A stretch of DNA of 41,794 bases from assembly GCA_038231275.1 (NCBI GenBank), contig JBBRLQ010000048.1, forward strand, positions 1-41,794, read 5' to 3'. The position numbers and the translations under genes were made by a program. The notes below the pieces were generated by a model that was not told the DNA's origin, searched no databases, and saw only the letters and a list, made by a program, of their open reading frames with translations. Positions 14,436-23,700 of this stretch are shown here, piece after piece. Source of the DNA: Polyangiales bacterium (GTDB taxonomy: Bacteria; Myxococcota_A; Polyangia; Polyangiales; Polyangiaceae). Position 1 is the first letter of the stretch. Every line of letters starts with the position of its first letter.

Positions 14436-15244
14436 CCCATTCGATGCAGAAGAAGAACGCGGGCTGGGCCAACGTTGTCTGGGCCTCGCCGTTCTTTGCG
14501 ATTGGCGTCGGGTGCGCGCAGCCCGCGGTCGGCCCCGCGAGCCCGCAGGCCGCGCTCACCGCCGCCACCCCGCAGGCCGCGGCGGGCGCGACCCCGCCGG
14601 CGCCGAAGCCCAGCTATCCGACGATGGCGCCGGTCGCGCAGTACATGGCAAAGAGCGCGGCCGACGAGGTCGCGCTCGCGCGCACCGCGGCCCCACCGTC
14701 GATTTCGGCGGACGCCGAAGTCCTCGTGCTTGGCAGCCGCGGCTACGAGACCACGGTGAAGGGCAAGAACGGTTTCGTGTGCTTCGTCCAGCGCGCGTGG
14801 GCCGGCGGCTTCAACGACGCGGAATTCTGGAATCCGCGCTCGCGCGCACCGAACTGCTTCAACGCGGAGGCCACGCGCACGGAGCTGCCGCAATACCTGA
14901 AGCGCACCGAGTGGGTGCTGGCCGGCGTCAGCAAGGAGGACATGATTGCCCGAACGCGAGCCGCCGTCGCCGACCACAGCTTCAGGAGTCCGGAGCCGGG
15001 CGCGTTCTCATTCATGCTGTCGAAGGACGGCTACCTCAACGACGAGGCCGGCGGCCCCTGGTACCCGCACGTGATGTTCTTCATTCCGCACGGCCAAGCC
15101 GCGGCGTGGGGCGCCGGCCTGGACGGCTCGCCCATCCTCGGGCAGGAAGGCACAGAGATCGAATCGACCGTGCTCTTCATCCCCGTGCGCCGCTGGTCGG
15201 ACGGCTCGCTCGTCAAGCCGCAAGCGGCGCAACACAAGCACTAA
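14432..15244 (+). CDS. hypothetical exported/lipoprotein
   Basis: ATGA coupling; GVGC lipobox-like; ALARTAAP, GKNGFVC, PNCFN, FMLSK, WYPHVMFF blocks; host codon bias. Confidence 0.75.
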   Translation: MTHSMQKKNAGWANVVWASPFFAIGVGCAQPAVGPASPQAALTAATPQAAAGATPPAPKPSYPTMAPVAQYMAKSAADEVALARTAAPPSISADAEVLVLGSRGYETTVKGKNGFVCFVQRAWAGGFNDAEFWNPRSRAPNCFNAEATRTELPQYLKRTEWVLAGVSKEDMIARTRAAVADHSFRSPEPGAFSFMLSKDGYLNDEAGGPWYPHVMFFIPHGQAAAWGAGLDGSPILGQEGTEIESTVLFIPVRRWSDGSLVKPQAAQHKH

Positions 15245-15300
15245 CGCCGGCACCTGCGCGAGGGCGGGAAACAAGGACCCGCGTGGCCGGTCCTGCGAAC

Positions 15301-15426
15301 CGCATCGACGTCCTCGACGACTTTGCGATGGCGCCGCTGACCGAGCGCGCACGACGCGATCTCCTCGAAGACCGCTACGGCCTCCGCGCCACCCTCATCA
15401 CCGGCCAGCTCAAACACGAGCGCTGG
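15301..15426 (+). mobile_element. istB: decayed IS21-family istB ATPase fragment
   Basis: RIDVLDDFAMAPLTERARRDLLEDRYGLRATLITGQL..ERW matches the IstB Walker B-to-sensor segment (LILDD...RDLLEILEDRY...TIITSQL) with small deletions; no start or Walker A. Confidence 0.75.
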
Positions 15427-15661
15427 CGGCGGTGCGCGTCGTCATCCCTGCGCGTCCCGCCGACGCTCGAGCGGCTAGGCGCGGCTCGGCGCATCGCGAT
15501 CACCCGTGACCTCCGTCGCGCATGACGTTGTCGTGGTGGTGCCGGCGCCATTGGCGACGCGATCGACGACGACGGTGTACTTGCGCATCTTCTCCCGGTG
15601 CCTCTTGTCCTTGCCTGCTCGGGTGATAGGGTCGTCGCCTCGCCCAGGGGGGGCGAACGAA

Positions 15662-16087
15662 ATGACGCTGAAAAGGCCACGTTCTGCGACTGCCGCTCTT
15701 CAGGTTCGGGTGATGCTCGTCGATGATGACGACGACTCGCGCGAATTGGTCGGAGAATTGCTGCGATTCAGCGCGGGCTTCCTAGTATCGACCTTCGAGA
15801 GCGCGGAGGATGCTTTGGACTCGCTCGACCGTTCAATCCCGCATGTGGTGATCACGGACGTGAAGCTTCCGGGAATCGACGGGTACGAGTTGGCTGCACG
15901 CCTGAAAAAGGATCCTCGCACGAGAAGCCTCTCCATCGTAGCGATGACCGGCCTGTCGGATCCGAGATCTGCGGACGGCACGAGTCCGTTTAGCGGTTAC
16001 ATCGTGAAGCCGACTTCGACGGAGGCACTCGTGGCAGTGGTGCGTCGCCTCGTGTCCGCGAAGGTTGCCGTGGCGCGACACGCCTGA
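15662..16087 (+). CDS. single-domain response regulator (CheY-like)
   Basis: VMLVDDD, ITDVKLPGIDG, AMTG, IVKP. Confidence 0.88.
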   Translation: MTLKRPRSATAALQVRVMLVDDDDDSRELVGELLRFSAGFLVSTFESAEDALDSLDRSIPHVVITDVKLPGIDGYELAARLKKDPRTRSLSIVAMTGLSDPRSADGTSPFSGYIVKPTSTEALVAVVRRLVSAKVAVARHA

Positions 16088-16154
16088 TTCTTGCTCGTCC
16101 TCAGGGTCGCCCCCCTTCCTCTACCGCAGGAGCGCAAACATGAGGTTGAGCCCA

Positions 16155-17336
16155 CTAGCCGGGACTGGATCGCGTCTTGGGCTTCTTCTTCCTCAGGGTT
16201 GGGGCTGAGGATGCCGAAGTGGGAAGGACATGCTTTTGTTGGCGACTGCCAATCGGAGTAGGCGGTGGTGGTTGCTTAGGTAGGTCGATGGTGAACACGC
16301 ATCCCTTGCCAGGGATGTCGCGTACCCGCAGCTCACCGTTCATCGCTTTTGCAGCCTTGAGGCAGATGGAAAGACCTAGGCCAAGTCCCGACCGGTCGCC
16401 GCCGCGTTGCGAGTACGGTTGAAACAATTCCGCAATTTTTCCAGGCGGAAGTCCACCACACTCGTCCTCTACCTCGATGAGAACGCGGTCAGAGGTAGTG
16501 CTCGTCGTCAACCAAACACGGCCTTTTTTCTGGGTGAACTTGAGGGCGTTCTGAACCAAATTTGCAACCGCTGCTGTCAGAATCTGCCGGTCCGCTTCGA
16601 CGATTACGGTGGGTTCACCAAGCTTGACAGTGAGGTGAATCCCCTTCGCTTGTGCCTGAACGGATCCGGTGATCTCGACCTCTTCGATGACTTCGGCGAC
16701 GGCCACTCGCTCCGGATTCTGGATGCCGGAATCGATACGTACATCGGCAAACGAACGGTCGATGAGATTGCGAAGGCCCAAGAGACTTCGGACGTGCATG
16801 AGGCCGGTGCTGCCGTTGACAGCGACAATACCCATCTTGATGCTTTCGAAGGAGAGAATGGCTGTATTGAGAAGGTTGCGCATTTCGTGAACGAGGACAC
16901 CAAGACGCTCGGTTCCCTCGTCACGGATGGATCCCTCGCTCTGGCGAGCGTAGGCAGTGACGGCCTCGGCAATTGCATCGTCGAGGCACAGGTTGAGGGT
17001 CCGAAACTCGTCCGTCGTGACCGGCGCATTGCGTTCGACCGCCAGCGTCGTCACCACCTGGCAGATGTCGCCATAGTCCTGGACAACCTGCCGCACGGTG
17101 AAGCCTTCGCGCCAGAGGTCCCTGCCATGGCGCGTGGCCGCTCGGACAATTGGGTCTTGATTTTCCGTGCCCGTCCGCTCTTTGAGCAGCAAAGCATCCC
17201 GCAGTTGGTCCAAAAAGATGGGGAGGCCCGTTTCCAGCTCCAACGCGGTGTGTTCGGTCTCGCTTCTCGACGCTACCCTTTGTTTTACCCGAGTGAGAAT
17301 CTCAGTTCGATTAGCTTGTAGAAATTGGTAAAGCAA
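16155..17336 (-). CDS. cytoplasmic sensor histidine kinase
   Basis: H box VHEMRN, N box NLVQNALKFT, DECGG, GLGLGL, GKGCVF; N-terminal RsbRD-like helical region; no TM segment. Confidence 0.9.
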   Translation of the reverse strand: MLYQFLQANRTEILTRVKQRVASRSETEHTALELETGLPIFLDQLRDALLLKERTGTENQDPIVRAATRHGRDLWREGFTVRQVVQDYGDICQVVTTLAVERNAPVTTDEFRTLNLCLDDAIAEAVTAYARQSEGSIRDEGTERLGVLVHEMRNLLNTAILSFESIKMGIVAVNGSTGLMHVRSLLGLRNLIDRSFADVRIDSGIQNPERVAVAEVIEEVEITGSVQAQAKGIHLTVKLGEPTVIVEADRQILTAAVANLVQNALKFTQKKGRVWLTTSTTSDRVLIEVEDECGGLPPGKIAELFQPYSQRGGDRSGLGLGLSICLKAAKAMNGELRVRDIPGKGCVFTIDLPKQPPPPTPIGSRQQKHVLPTSASSAPTLRKKKPKTRSSPG

Positions 17337-17928
17337 GACGTTCCTCCACGCGCTTTATCAACGCAGTAAGGTCAATCGGCTTTCCGATGATCCGACCTGA
17401 CATGGTCGGGATGAAGGCACGCGTTTGTGCGGTGGTGCCGCCACCGGTGACGAAGATCATTCGCTCGGCCTGTTCAGGAGCCGCAACCAGCAGCTTCGCA
17501 TACAGTACATCCCCGCTCATCCCGGGCATCATGATGTCGGAAATAATCACTTGGAACGATTCTCCCTCCACGATGAGGCGGAGCGCCTCCAATGGATCGG
17601 TGATGACCGTAACGTCGTATCCGACGAGGCAAAGAGCAATGGCCTCCGCACTGTCTTCGTCATCGTCCACGAGCAGGATTCGGGCGAGCTGAGGATCGCT
17701 CGGGCTTCCTATGGGGTTGGCTAACGCGCATGCTGCCGACGTGAGCGAGGTGTTGGTCAGGGTCTCCCTACGATTGGAAGTGCGACTGCTGCCTTGGGTG
17801 GTGGGCAACTTCCCCACCGCCTTTTTTCTCGAACGACTCTCGACGACCTCCGTGCGGGAGACCGGGGCCGGTGGGGCCGATGCGGAAGGAACCACGGCGG
17901 CCACTGGTATCGGCTTCAGGCGAATCAT
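17311..17928 (-). CDS. response regulator with N-terminal low-complexity extension
   Basis: ILLVDDD, ISDIMMPGMSG, FVTG, GKP; start uncertain. Confidence 0.82.
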   Translation of the reverse strand: MIRLKPIPVAAVVPSASAPPAPVSRTEVVESRSRKKAVGKLPTTQGSSRTSNRRETLTNTSLTSAACALANPIGSPSDPQLARILLVDDDEDSAEAIALCLVGYDVTVITDPLEALRLIVEGESFQVIISDIMMPGMSGDVLYAKLLVAAPEQAERMIFVTGGGTTAQTRAFIPTMSGRIIGKPIDLTALIKRVEERLALPISTS

Positions 17929-18017
17929 TACTGCAGCTCTAGGCAGAGCAATTAGCCGGCCGAGAGGACGTGTGCGGTAAAGCGCCGTTTTTCGTCGACC
18001 AGCACGTCCGCGGCAAG

Positions 18018-18047
18018 CAGGAGCGCCTCACCGGTGAGGCGCTCCTG
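18018..18047. repeat. perfect 30-bp palindrome
   Basis: CAGGAGCGCCTCACCGGTGAGGCGCTCCTG equals its own reverse complement. Confidence 0.95.
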
Positions 18048-18322
18048 TTGGCCGTCCGCGCATCTAGGGGTCGCGCATGATGTGCGTCGCACGTGGGCGG
18101 ATACGCGGCCTGCCTCCGGGCTACCGAACAGTCGCTTCGTTCCAATGCACGTTCCGGGCTGCTGAGATGCCTTCTCGCATCCTTCAAGGAGCCCAAACGA
18201 ACCTTCGAGAAGTCGGACAGCCACTTCGGTTCTACGCGCCCGTCACTGCGGTAGATCCGATCAGGAGGATCGTCGCATCGCGAAGCAACCGCTTCGCGCA
18301 CTCGCGCGTAAACCCGGCAACC

Positions 18323-18862
18323 ATGAGCCACATCCCGGCCCGTTCGCTGCTTCTCGCGCCGCTCCTGCTCATCGCCGCCTGCTCGCAAGCGCCCGCCGAG
18401 GCGGGGCCCGCGTCGGCACGCCACGCCGCCCGGACGACGCCGGCGTTCACGCGGCCCGCTCCCGATGTGTTCTCGAAGCGGTCGATGACGACCGCGCAGC
18501 GAATGGACTTGGAGAAGACTTCGCGCTCCGCCGCGACCCCCAGGATCGAGGACGTGCTCGTCGCGCTCGGAAGCGCCGGCGTCTCGGTCGCCGAGGCGAA
18601 GCAACACGTGGCGGCGCCGATCGGCGCGCGCTACTGCGTAGGCGCGAAGACTGCCCACGACGTGGCTCTGAGCTTATGCGAGTACTCCGACGAAGCCGCC
18701 GCGAACACGTGGCGCGACGCGAACGCGCGGACGTTTCATGCGATCAAGACGCGCGACGACTACGTGAACAAGGCGACGACCTTGACCGTCCTGAAGCCGA
18801 CGGCGACGCCCGACAGCGAGGCCGACGCCCAACGGGTGGCCTCCGCCTTCGCGCGGCTCTAA
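18323..18862 (+). CDS. hypothetical lipoprotein
   Basis: MSHIPARSLLLAPLLLIAAC lipobox; host codon bias. Confidence 0.75.
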   Translation: MSHIPARSLLLAPLLLIAACSQAPAEAGPASARHAARTTPAFTRPAPDVFSKRSMTTAQRMDLEKTSRSAATPRIEDVLVALGSAGVSVAEAKQHVAAPIGARYCVGAKTAHDVALSLCEYSDEAAANTWRDANARTFHAIKTRDDYVNKATTLTVLKPTATPDSEADAQRVASAFARL

Positions 18863-18914
18863 AGCCGTCCGACAGGAGATCTCGCTCCACAACCCCCCAC
18901 CGACCGGGAACCAA

Positions 18915-19403
18915 ATGATCCGAAAAGGCCTCCTTTCTGCCTGCCTGTCGCTCTCGCTTCTCGCTGCCGCCCCCGCGTCTGCTGGGGAGCGGTTCGTCGA
19001 TGATCGCCTCGACGACGCCGCCTCACGACTCTCGGCGGCGGCCCAAGAGCTGGCCCTGGCCCAGAACCGATTCCAACAGGCTGGCGACTGGGACAATGCG
19101 ATGGAGGCCGCCTGGGTGCTGAGCCTGGTGAACTACTCCCTCGGCCAGCTCGCCCTCGGCGAAGATTCCCTGAACGCACTCTCCATTCCTTCTTCGTTGG
19201 TGCTCAGCGTGGAGATGCAATCCAGTCTCGCCAACTACTACGCCACACGCGACGTGAACTGGCTCACCTCCTATCAAGACTACGTCGGCGGCGAGCACAC
19301 CGCGCCGCCCGAGAACACGCCGGAGACCGTGGCCACGCAGATGGACACGTTCAACGAGGCGATGGACGAGACGTACTCCGAGCCGAACGACGAGCCCTGC
19401 TAG
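18915..19403 (+). CDS. secreted acidic helical hypothetical protein
   Basis: signal peptide ending APASA; GGGA RBS-like sequence; acidic tail ending EPNDEPC. Confidence 0.7.
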   Translation: MIRKGLLSACLSLSLLAAAPASAGERFVDDRLDDAASRLSAAAQELALAQNRFQQAGDWDNAMEAAWVLSLVNYSLGQLALGEDSLNALSIPSSLVLSVEMQSSLANYYATRDVNWLTSYQDYVGGEHTAPPENTPETVATQMDTFNEAMDETYSEPNDEPC

Positions 19404-19405
19404 CG

Positions 19406-20188
19406 ATGGCGTATGGGACCCCGCCCGCACCCTCCGTCCACGTCACCTCGACTCTGCGTATCCGACTCACTGCGGGATGCTCTCAATCCTGCGAGCACTG
19501 TCCGGACTCCGCGCTCTATCGCGCCTCGGTCCGCTCCATGCCCCTCGAGGTGTTGGAGACTTCGCTTCAGGGCCTCTTTGCGGATCGCTTCGATCCGAAG
19601 CAGACCCAGATCATCCTGAGTGGAGGGGAGCCGCTCGAACACCCCAGCTTCTTGGAGGCGCTGGACCGTGTTCGCCGCTACCCGGTGGCCCGCGTGAAGC
19701 TGGCGACCAACGGGCTCCGGTTGGTGTCCGATCCGGCCTTTGCCGCACAGGTTCTTCCGAGCGTGGACGACTTGCTGCTGTCGGCCGATCTGGCGCCAAG
19801 CGGGTTCCGACCGTTCCGGAGCCCGCAGCACCTGGGCGCGGTCGAGGAGCTGGTGGGCAGGCTGCGGGCCAAGCCGATACACGAGCGCCCCCGACTTGCC
19901 CTGAACGTGGTGATCTTCGACGCTCGGATCGAGAGGGTCAAACTCGAGCTCGCGCGGCTGTCGCAGCTCGGCCCGGATGAAATGCGCCTGAATCGCTTCG
20001 ATCCCGGTGGGGTGGTGGAGCAGTTCGCGGCCTCGATCCGAGTGCCCAGCGATGAGAGCTGGGCAGCACTCCGCGCGTGGGTGAAGAGCCACGCCGGCAA
20101 GAGCGAGCAGGGATGTCGCTGGACCTGCGTGGATCGCCAGCGCAGTCTCCGCGCCGGCTCCTCCCACTCGGTCGAGCTCTGCGCCTGA
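19406..20188 (+). CDS. radical SAM protein (short, possibly truncated)
   Basis: CSQSCEHC (CxxxCxxC), SGGEP, ATNG; no SPASM/twitch Cys cluster. Confidence 0.8.
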   Translation: MAYGTPPAPSVHVTSTLRIRLTAGCSQSCEHCPDSALYRASVRSMPLEVLETSLQGLFADRFDPKQTQIILSGGEPLEHPSFLEALDRVRRYPVARVKLATNGLRLVSDPAFAAQVLPSVDDLLLSADLAPSGFRPFRSPQHLGAVEELVGRLRAKPIHERPRLALNVVIFDARIERVKLELARLSQLGPDEMRLNRFDPGGVVEQFAASIRVPSDESWAALRAWVKSHAGKSEQGCRWTCVDRQRSLRAGSSHSVELCA

Positions 20189-20697
20189 GGGGATCCGGCC
20201 GACGCAGCCGTCACCATGCGGTGGCCGAGATGCCGACGGGCTGCTGGAGCTTGAGCGCGGACGCCAAGCTCGGGCATCGGTCGCCGAAGATCCCGCGATT
20301 TCTCGGCGGGCCGCGAAGGGCAGGTCATCGCGCGGGACTCTAGACGCCCGCGCCGCATCGTTCGCGAAGGTGCGGCCTTTCGGCGATCGTCTGGACGATC
20401 CGTGAGGAGCTTCCGCGCAGAGGCCGCTCGTCGCGCTCCGCCCATGGTAGGCACGCTCGCGGTGGGCTCCTACTCGAGCGACTCCCAGCGGGCGCGCAGT
20501 TCTGGGTCGAGGTCGACACCAACGGAAAGAAGGACCTCGGCTCGATCGCGTGGACTGCGCCAGCGTCCTGCACGGCCTTCGAGTCGAAAACGCGTCCGCC
20601 GAGGATCTGGCGCGCGTCGATGCCACGTCCGGCGGCGCGCGAGTCGGAGTGGGTCTTCGTATTGGCGAGTGAAGGGCGGCGCGTTACTTACTTGAGG

Positions 20698-21297
20698 ATG
20701 GTCGATCGCCCGACACCCGACGCTTCACTCCCCGCTGAGCCGGCTGAGTCCGCCGAGCTCACGGCGATCCTGGGGATGATGCGCACGGTCGATCTCCGCG
20801 ACATCTACATCGAGGGCTACGTCGACGACGGCCACGGCGTGAACCCGACGTACCTGGTCCGGAAGGGCATCCGCCACTTCGTATCCCGATGGTCGGCGGT
20901 CTACCTGGACCTCGAAGGCACGCTCGTGCGCCTCTCGGTGGACGAGCCCAGCGCCGGTGTGAAGGTGGCGAGCGTGACGAGCTTCACGATGGGCCAAGAA
21001 GTCGACGAGGAGGACGAGCCGGCGATCACCAGCCTCGGCGCACTCCTGATGAACATGGAAGGGCAGGGCGTGCGACTCACGCGCTTCGAGGCGTTCCTCG
21101 GCACGCCGGAGCAGACGCGCGCCGGAATTTTTCGTGCGCTCGGCTTCGCGTTTCCGCACCCGCACAGCGCCCCGCCGGAGCGGTACCTCTTCGTCGATCC
21201 GCTCAACCTCGACGGCATCGCGATCGGGCGGCGCGAGGAGCGCGAAGCGTGGATCACCGCCGCGCCCGGCGTCGTCGCGCACACCTGGTCGTTCTGA
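20698..21297 (+). CDS. hypothetical cytoplasmic protein
   Basis: strong coding bias, GAGG before ATG; no recognised family. Confidence 0.65.
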   Translation: MVDRPTPDASLPAEPAESAELTAILGMMRTVDLRDIYIEGYVDDGHGVNPTYLVRKGIRHFVSRWSAVYLDLEGTLVRLSVDEPSAGVKVASVTSFTMGQEVDEEDEPAITSLGALLMNMEGQGVRLTRFEAFLGTPEQTRAGIFRALGFAFPHPHSAPPERYLFVDPLNLDGIAIGRREEREAWITAAPGVVAHTWSF

Positions 21298-21415
21298 TCG
21301 GATTTCGGCGACGCAGAGGATGGGGTGTCGGCGCCGACCACCCGCGACGCACCAGTGCGTCGTTGCCGCGCCGCTGAAGTGAGCCGTTGGTGTGGCTGGC
21401 GTGTACCCTCCGAGG

Positions 21416-21901
21416 ATGAGCCTCCGCCCGCGCAAACGACGCGCAACTTCGTGGCTTCTCGCAGTGAGCGTTTTCCTTGCCGCGTCCGTCGTCGGGGCTA
21501 CCCAGGTCTCGTACCGGGCGCTCGAGCAGGTCGTCCCGGATTCCCCGCTGATTTTTACGGCGGACATCGCGCGGGCGATTCCGACCGACGCTCTGGCCGA
21601 GCACACTACGGAGTACGAGCTTCGCGACGTCCGCGTTCTTCGGGGGGCGCCGCCGGCCGGCTTGGGTCGTGTTCGTCACATCGAGCCTCTGCCGGTCCTG
21701 CGCGACTCCTCGGGCCGAATCGTGATGGAGCAATCCTTTACGCTGGACGCATCGGGCCACGAGCGTGAAGCGACCTCCGGCCGCTGGATTTTCTTCGGAG
21801 TCGCGGCGACGGGCACGTGGCTCCCTCTCCCGGTGCGCCGCGTCGAGCCGATCGCGAGCGAAGCCAACGTGCGCGCGATGCTGGGGTCGCGCCGGCGGTG
21901 A
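21416..21901 (+). CDS. hypothetical exported protein
   Basis: Arg-rich N-terminus plus hydrophobic stretch; TACCCT -10 box 6 nt before ATG. Confidence 0.6.
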   Translation: MSLRPRKRRATSWLLAVSVFLAASVVGATQVSYRALEQVVPDSPLIFTADIARAIPTDALAEHTTEYELRDVRVLRGAPPAGLGRVRHIEPLPVLRDSSGRIVMEQSFTLDASGHEREATSGRWIFFGVAATGTWLPLPVRRVEPIASEANVRAMLGSRRR

Positions 21902-22020
21902 TACGGGAGATGGCCTCGCGGAACCCCAGGTGGGGAGCTGAAAGAATTCGGATGCGAGCTCCTCGGCGCGCAGTGCGCCGTCGGGCAGGCGTGCATGGAC
22001 TCAGGTTTCGGCGATCACTC
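21898..22020 (+). mobile_element. remnant of an integrase-core (rve) transposase plus possible IS end
   Basis: VIREMASRNPRWGAERIR then ELL after a frameshift, matching the IRRMARENPxWGxxRIxGEL motif; followed by GGTTTCGGCGATCAC. Confidence 0.6.
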
Positions 22021-22063
22021 GCGAGCTTCACGTCACGAGGAATGTAGGCGCGAACGCTGCGGC
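22021..22063. repeat. direct repeat copy 2 (relic of the 12800..13435 gene start and promoter)
   Basis: 26 bp identical to 13425..13450; 22048-22063 matches 13524-13539 at 15/16. Confidence 0.85.
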
Positions 22064-22299
22064 AGGGCAGCTCCGCAGACGGCGGAACGTAGTAGAGGAG
22101 GAGAGGTGTCGTCCTTGAGGCGTCGCGCCCGTTGGGCGTGGATCGTGGCCGCCGCACGTGCACCGTACGCAGAGCGACCGACCACCCGGAGCCGGGGAGG
22201 AGCCGTCACGTGCGCGGCGAGCACGAGCGCGCGGCGAGAAGTATCGGCTTCAGCGTCCGGCTTCGGGTCGCCGATCGGGGCGTTCCGCGGAGGCCTCGT

Positions 22300-23559
22300 T
22301 CAAGCCGTGCGCTCGGGGCTCGGCGTGTCGGGGCTCGGCGTGTCGGGAAGCGCCTTCGCGCCGCCCCGCACCATCACGTGGATCCGGTACATGAGGACCA
22401 CCGTGATCACCGACGCGCCGCTGACGACGTAGCCGAGGACCGGGTAATTCATGAGCGGTCCGTCCCCGTGCTGCGTGACGATGAGCCCTGCGACGAAGGC
22501 GGCGACCCCTCCTGACACCTGCTGAAGCGACGACGAGATCGCCATGTACGCGCCGCGATCCTGCGGCTGCGGGACCGCGGAGGTCAGCGCTTGCGACGAG
22601 ACCATGCGCGCGTTGATCCCGACGAAGAGGACCACGTTCACGCCGATGACCACGGCGAGTGGCGTGGCGCCGAGCTGTGTGTAGTAGAGGATGAGCGCAA
22701 CGCCGAGGATCGAGCCGCCGAGAAACGTCGCGTACTTTCCAACCGAATCGCTGACCCTTCCGACAATCGGGCCAGTGAACATCGCGGCGACTCCGGTGAC
22801 CATGTAGATCATCGGCAGCTTCTCGAGCGGAATGCCGAGGTTGTGCACGGTGAACGCGCTGCCAAACGGCATCAACATGAAGCCGCCCACAGCGAGGAGC
22901 ATGGTCGACGAGAAGCCCAACTGGTAGCGCGGCTTCGCGAGCGTCGCGAGGAGATGCCGCAATGCATTGCGATTCGACGGCGCTTTCAAGTGGCCATCGA
23001 TGGGCTGCAAACGCCACGCGATGACGACGCCGACGGCGGCGCTGAAGCCGGCGATCATCAAGAACGGCGCGTGCCAGCCGAGGCCGTTCGACAGGTAAAG
23101 GCCGATGGGAATGCCTAGGACCTGACTCGCCGCGAATGCGCTCATGACGAAGCCCATGACCCGCCCGCGCACCTCCAAGGGAAAGAGGTCAGCGATGATG
23201 GCGAAGCTGATCGAGCCGATCACGCCGCCGAAAAGGCCGGTCACGATACGCGCCGCGAGCAGCGATCGGTACCCGGGCGCGATGCCGCACAAGAACGTGC
23301 CGATCACGAAGCCCGAATAGAAAAACAGGAGGAGCTTCTTGCGATCGAACTTGTCGGCGAAGCCGGCGGCCAAGAGTCCGGCGGCGCCGGCACTGAATGC
23401 GTACACGGACACGACGAGGCCGAACTGCGACGGCGTGATCTCGAGCTCGTCCATGAGGAGCGCGCCGAGCGGCGAGAGGATCATGAAGTCGAGGACGACG
23501 GTGAACTGCAAGAACGCCAGGATGGCGATGACGGTCTTTTGGTAGCTCGTGAACTTCAT
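22300..23559 (-). CDS. MFS transporter (DHA1-like)
   Basis: about 12 hydrophobic segments, motif A ADKFDRKK, ARIVTGLFGG, RGRVMG. Confidence 0.93.
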   Translation of the reverse strand: MKFTSYQKTVIAILAFLQFTVVLDFMILSPLGALLMDELEITPSQFGLVVSVYAFSAGAAGLLAAGFADKFDRKKLLLFFYSGFVIGTFLCGIAPGYRSLLAARIVTGLFGGVIGSISFAIIADLFPLEVRGRVMGFVMSAFAASQVLGIPIGLYLSNGLGWHAPFLMIAGFSAAVGVVIAWRLQPIDGHLKAPSNRNALRHLLATLAKPRYQLGFSSTMLLAVGGFMLMPFGSAFTVHNLGIPLEKLPMIYMVTGVAAMFTGPIVGRVSDSVGKYATFLGGSILGVALILYYTQLGATPLAVVIGVNVVLFVGINARMVSSQALTSAVPQPQDRGAYMAISSSLQQVSGGVAAFVAGLIVTQHGDGPLMNYPVLGYVVSGASVITVVLMYRIHVMVRGGAKALPDTPSPDTPSPERTA

Positions 23560-23700
23560 GATCTCCGCCTGCGGATCGATGCTCCCTACGAAGGGGCGGT
23601 TCCGCGCGCGACCAGGGCGCCGATCGGCCACGCAACATGCGGTTACTGTAGGCAAAAAAAATGTTCGCAACCAGGAGTTGCGAAGGGCATCTTAGCGCCT

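Noticed and set aside
18200..18235. Possible IS terminal sequence (GTGGCTGTCCGACTTCTC on the minus strand)
   Set aside because: No partner inverted repeat or transposase recognisable in the window.
22311..22347. 15-bp tandem duplication encoding PDTPS-PDTPS at the MFS C-terminus
   Set aside because: Simple slippage in a disordered tail; no sign of function.
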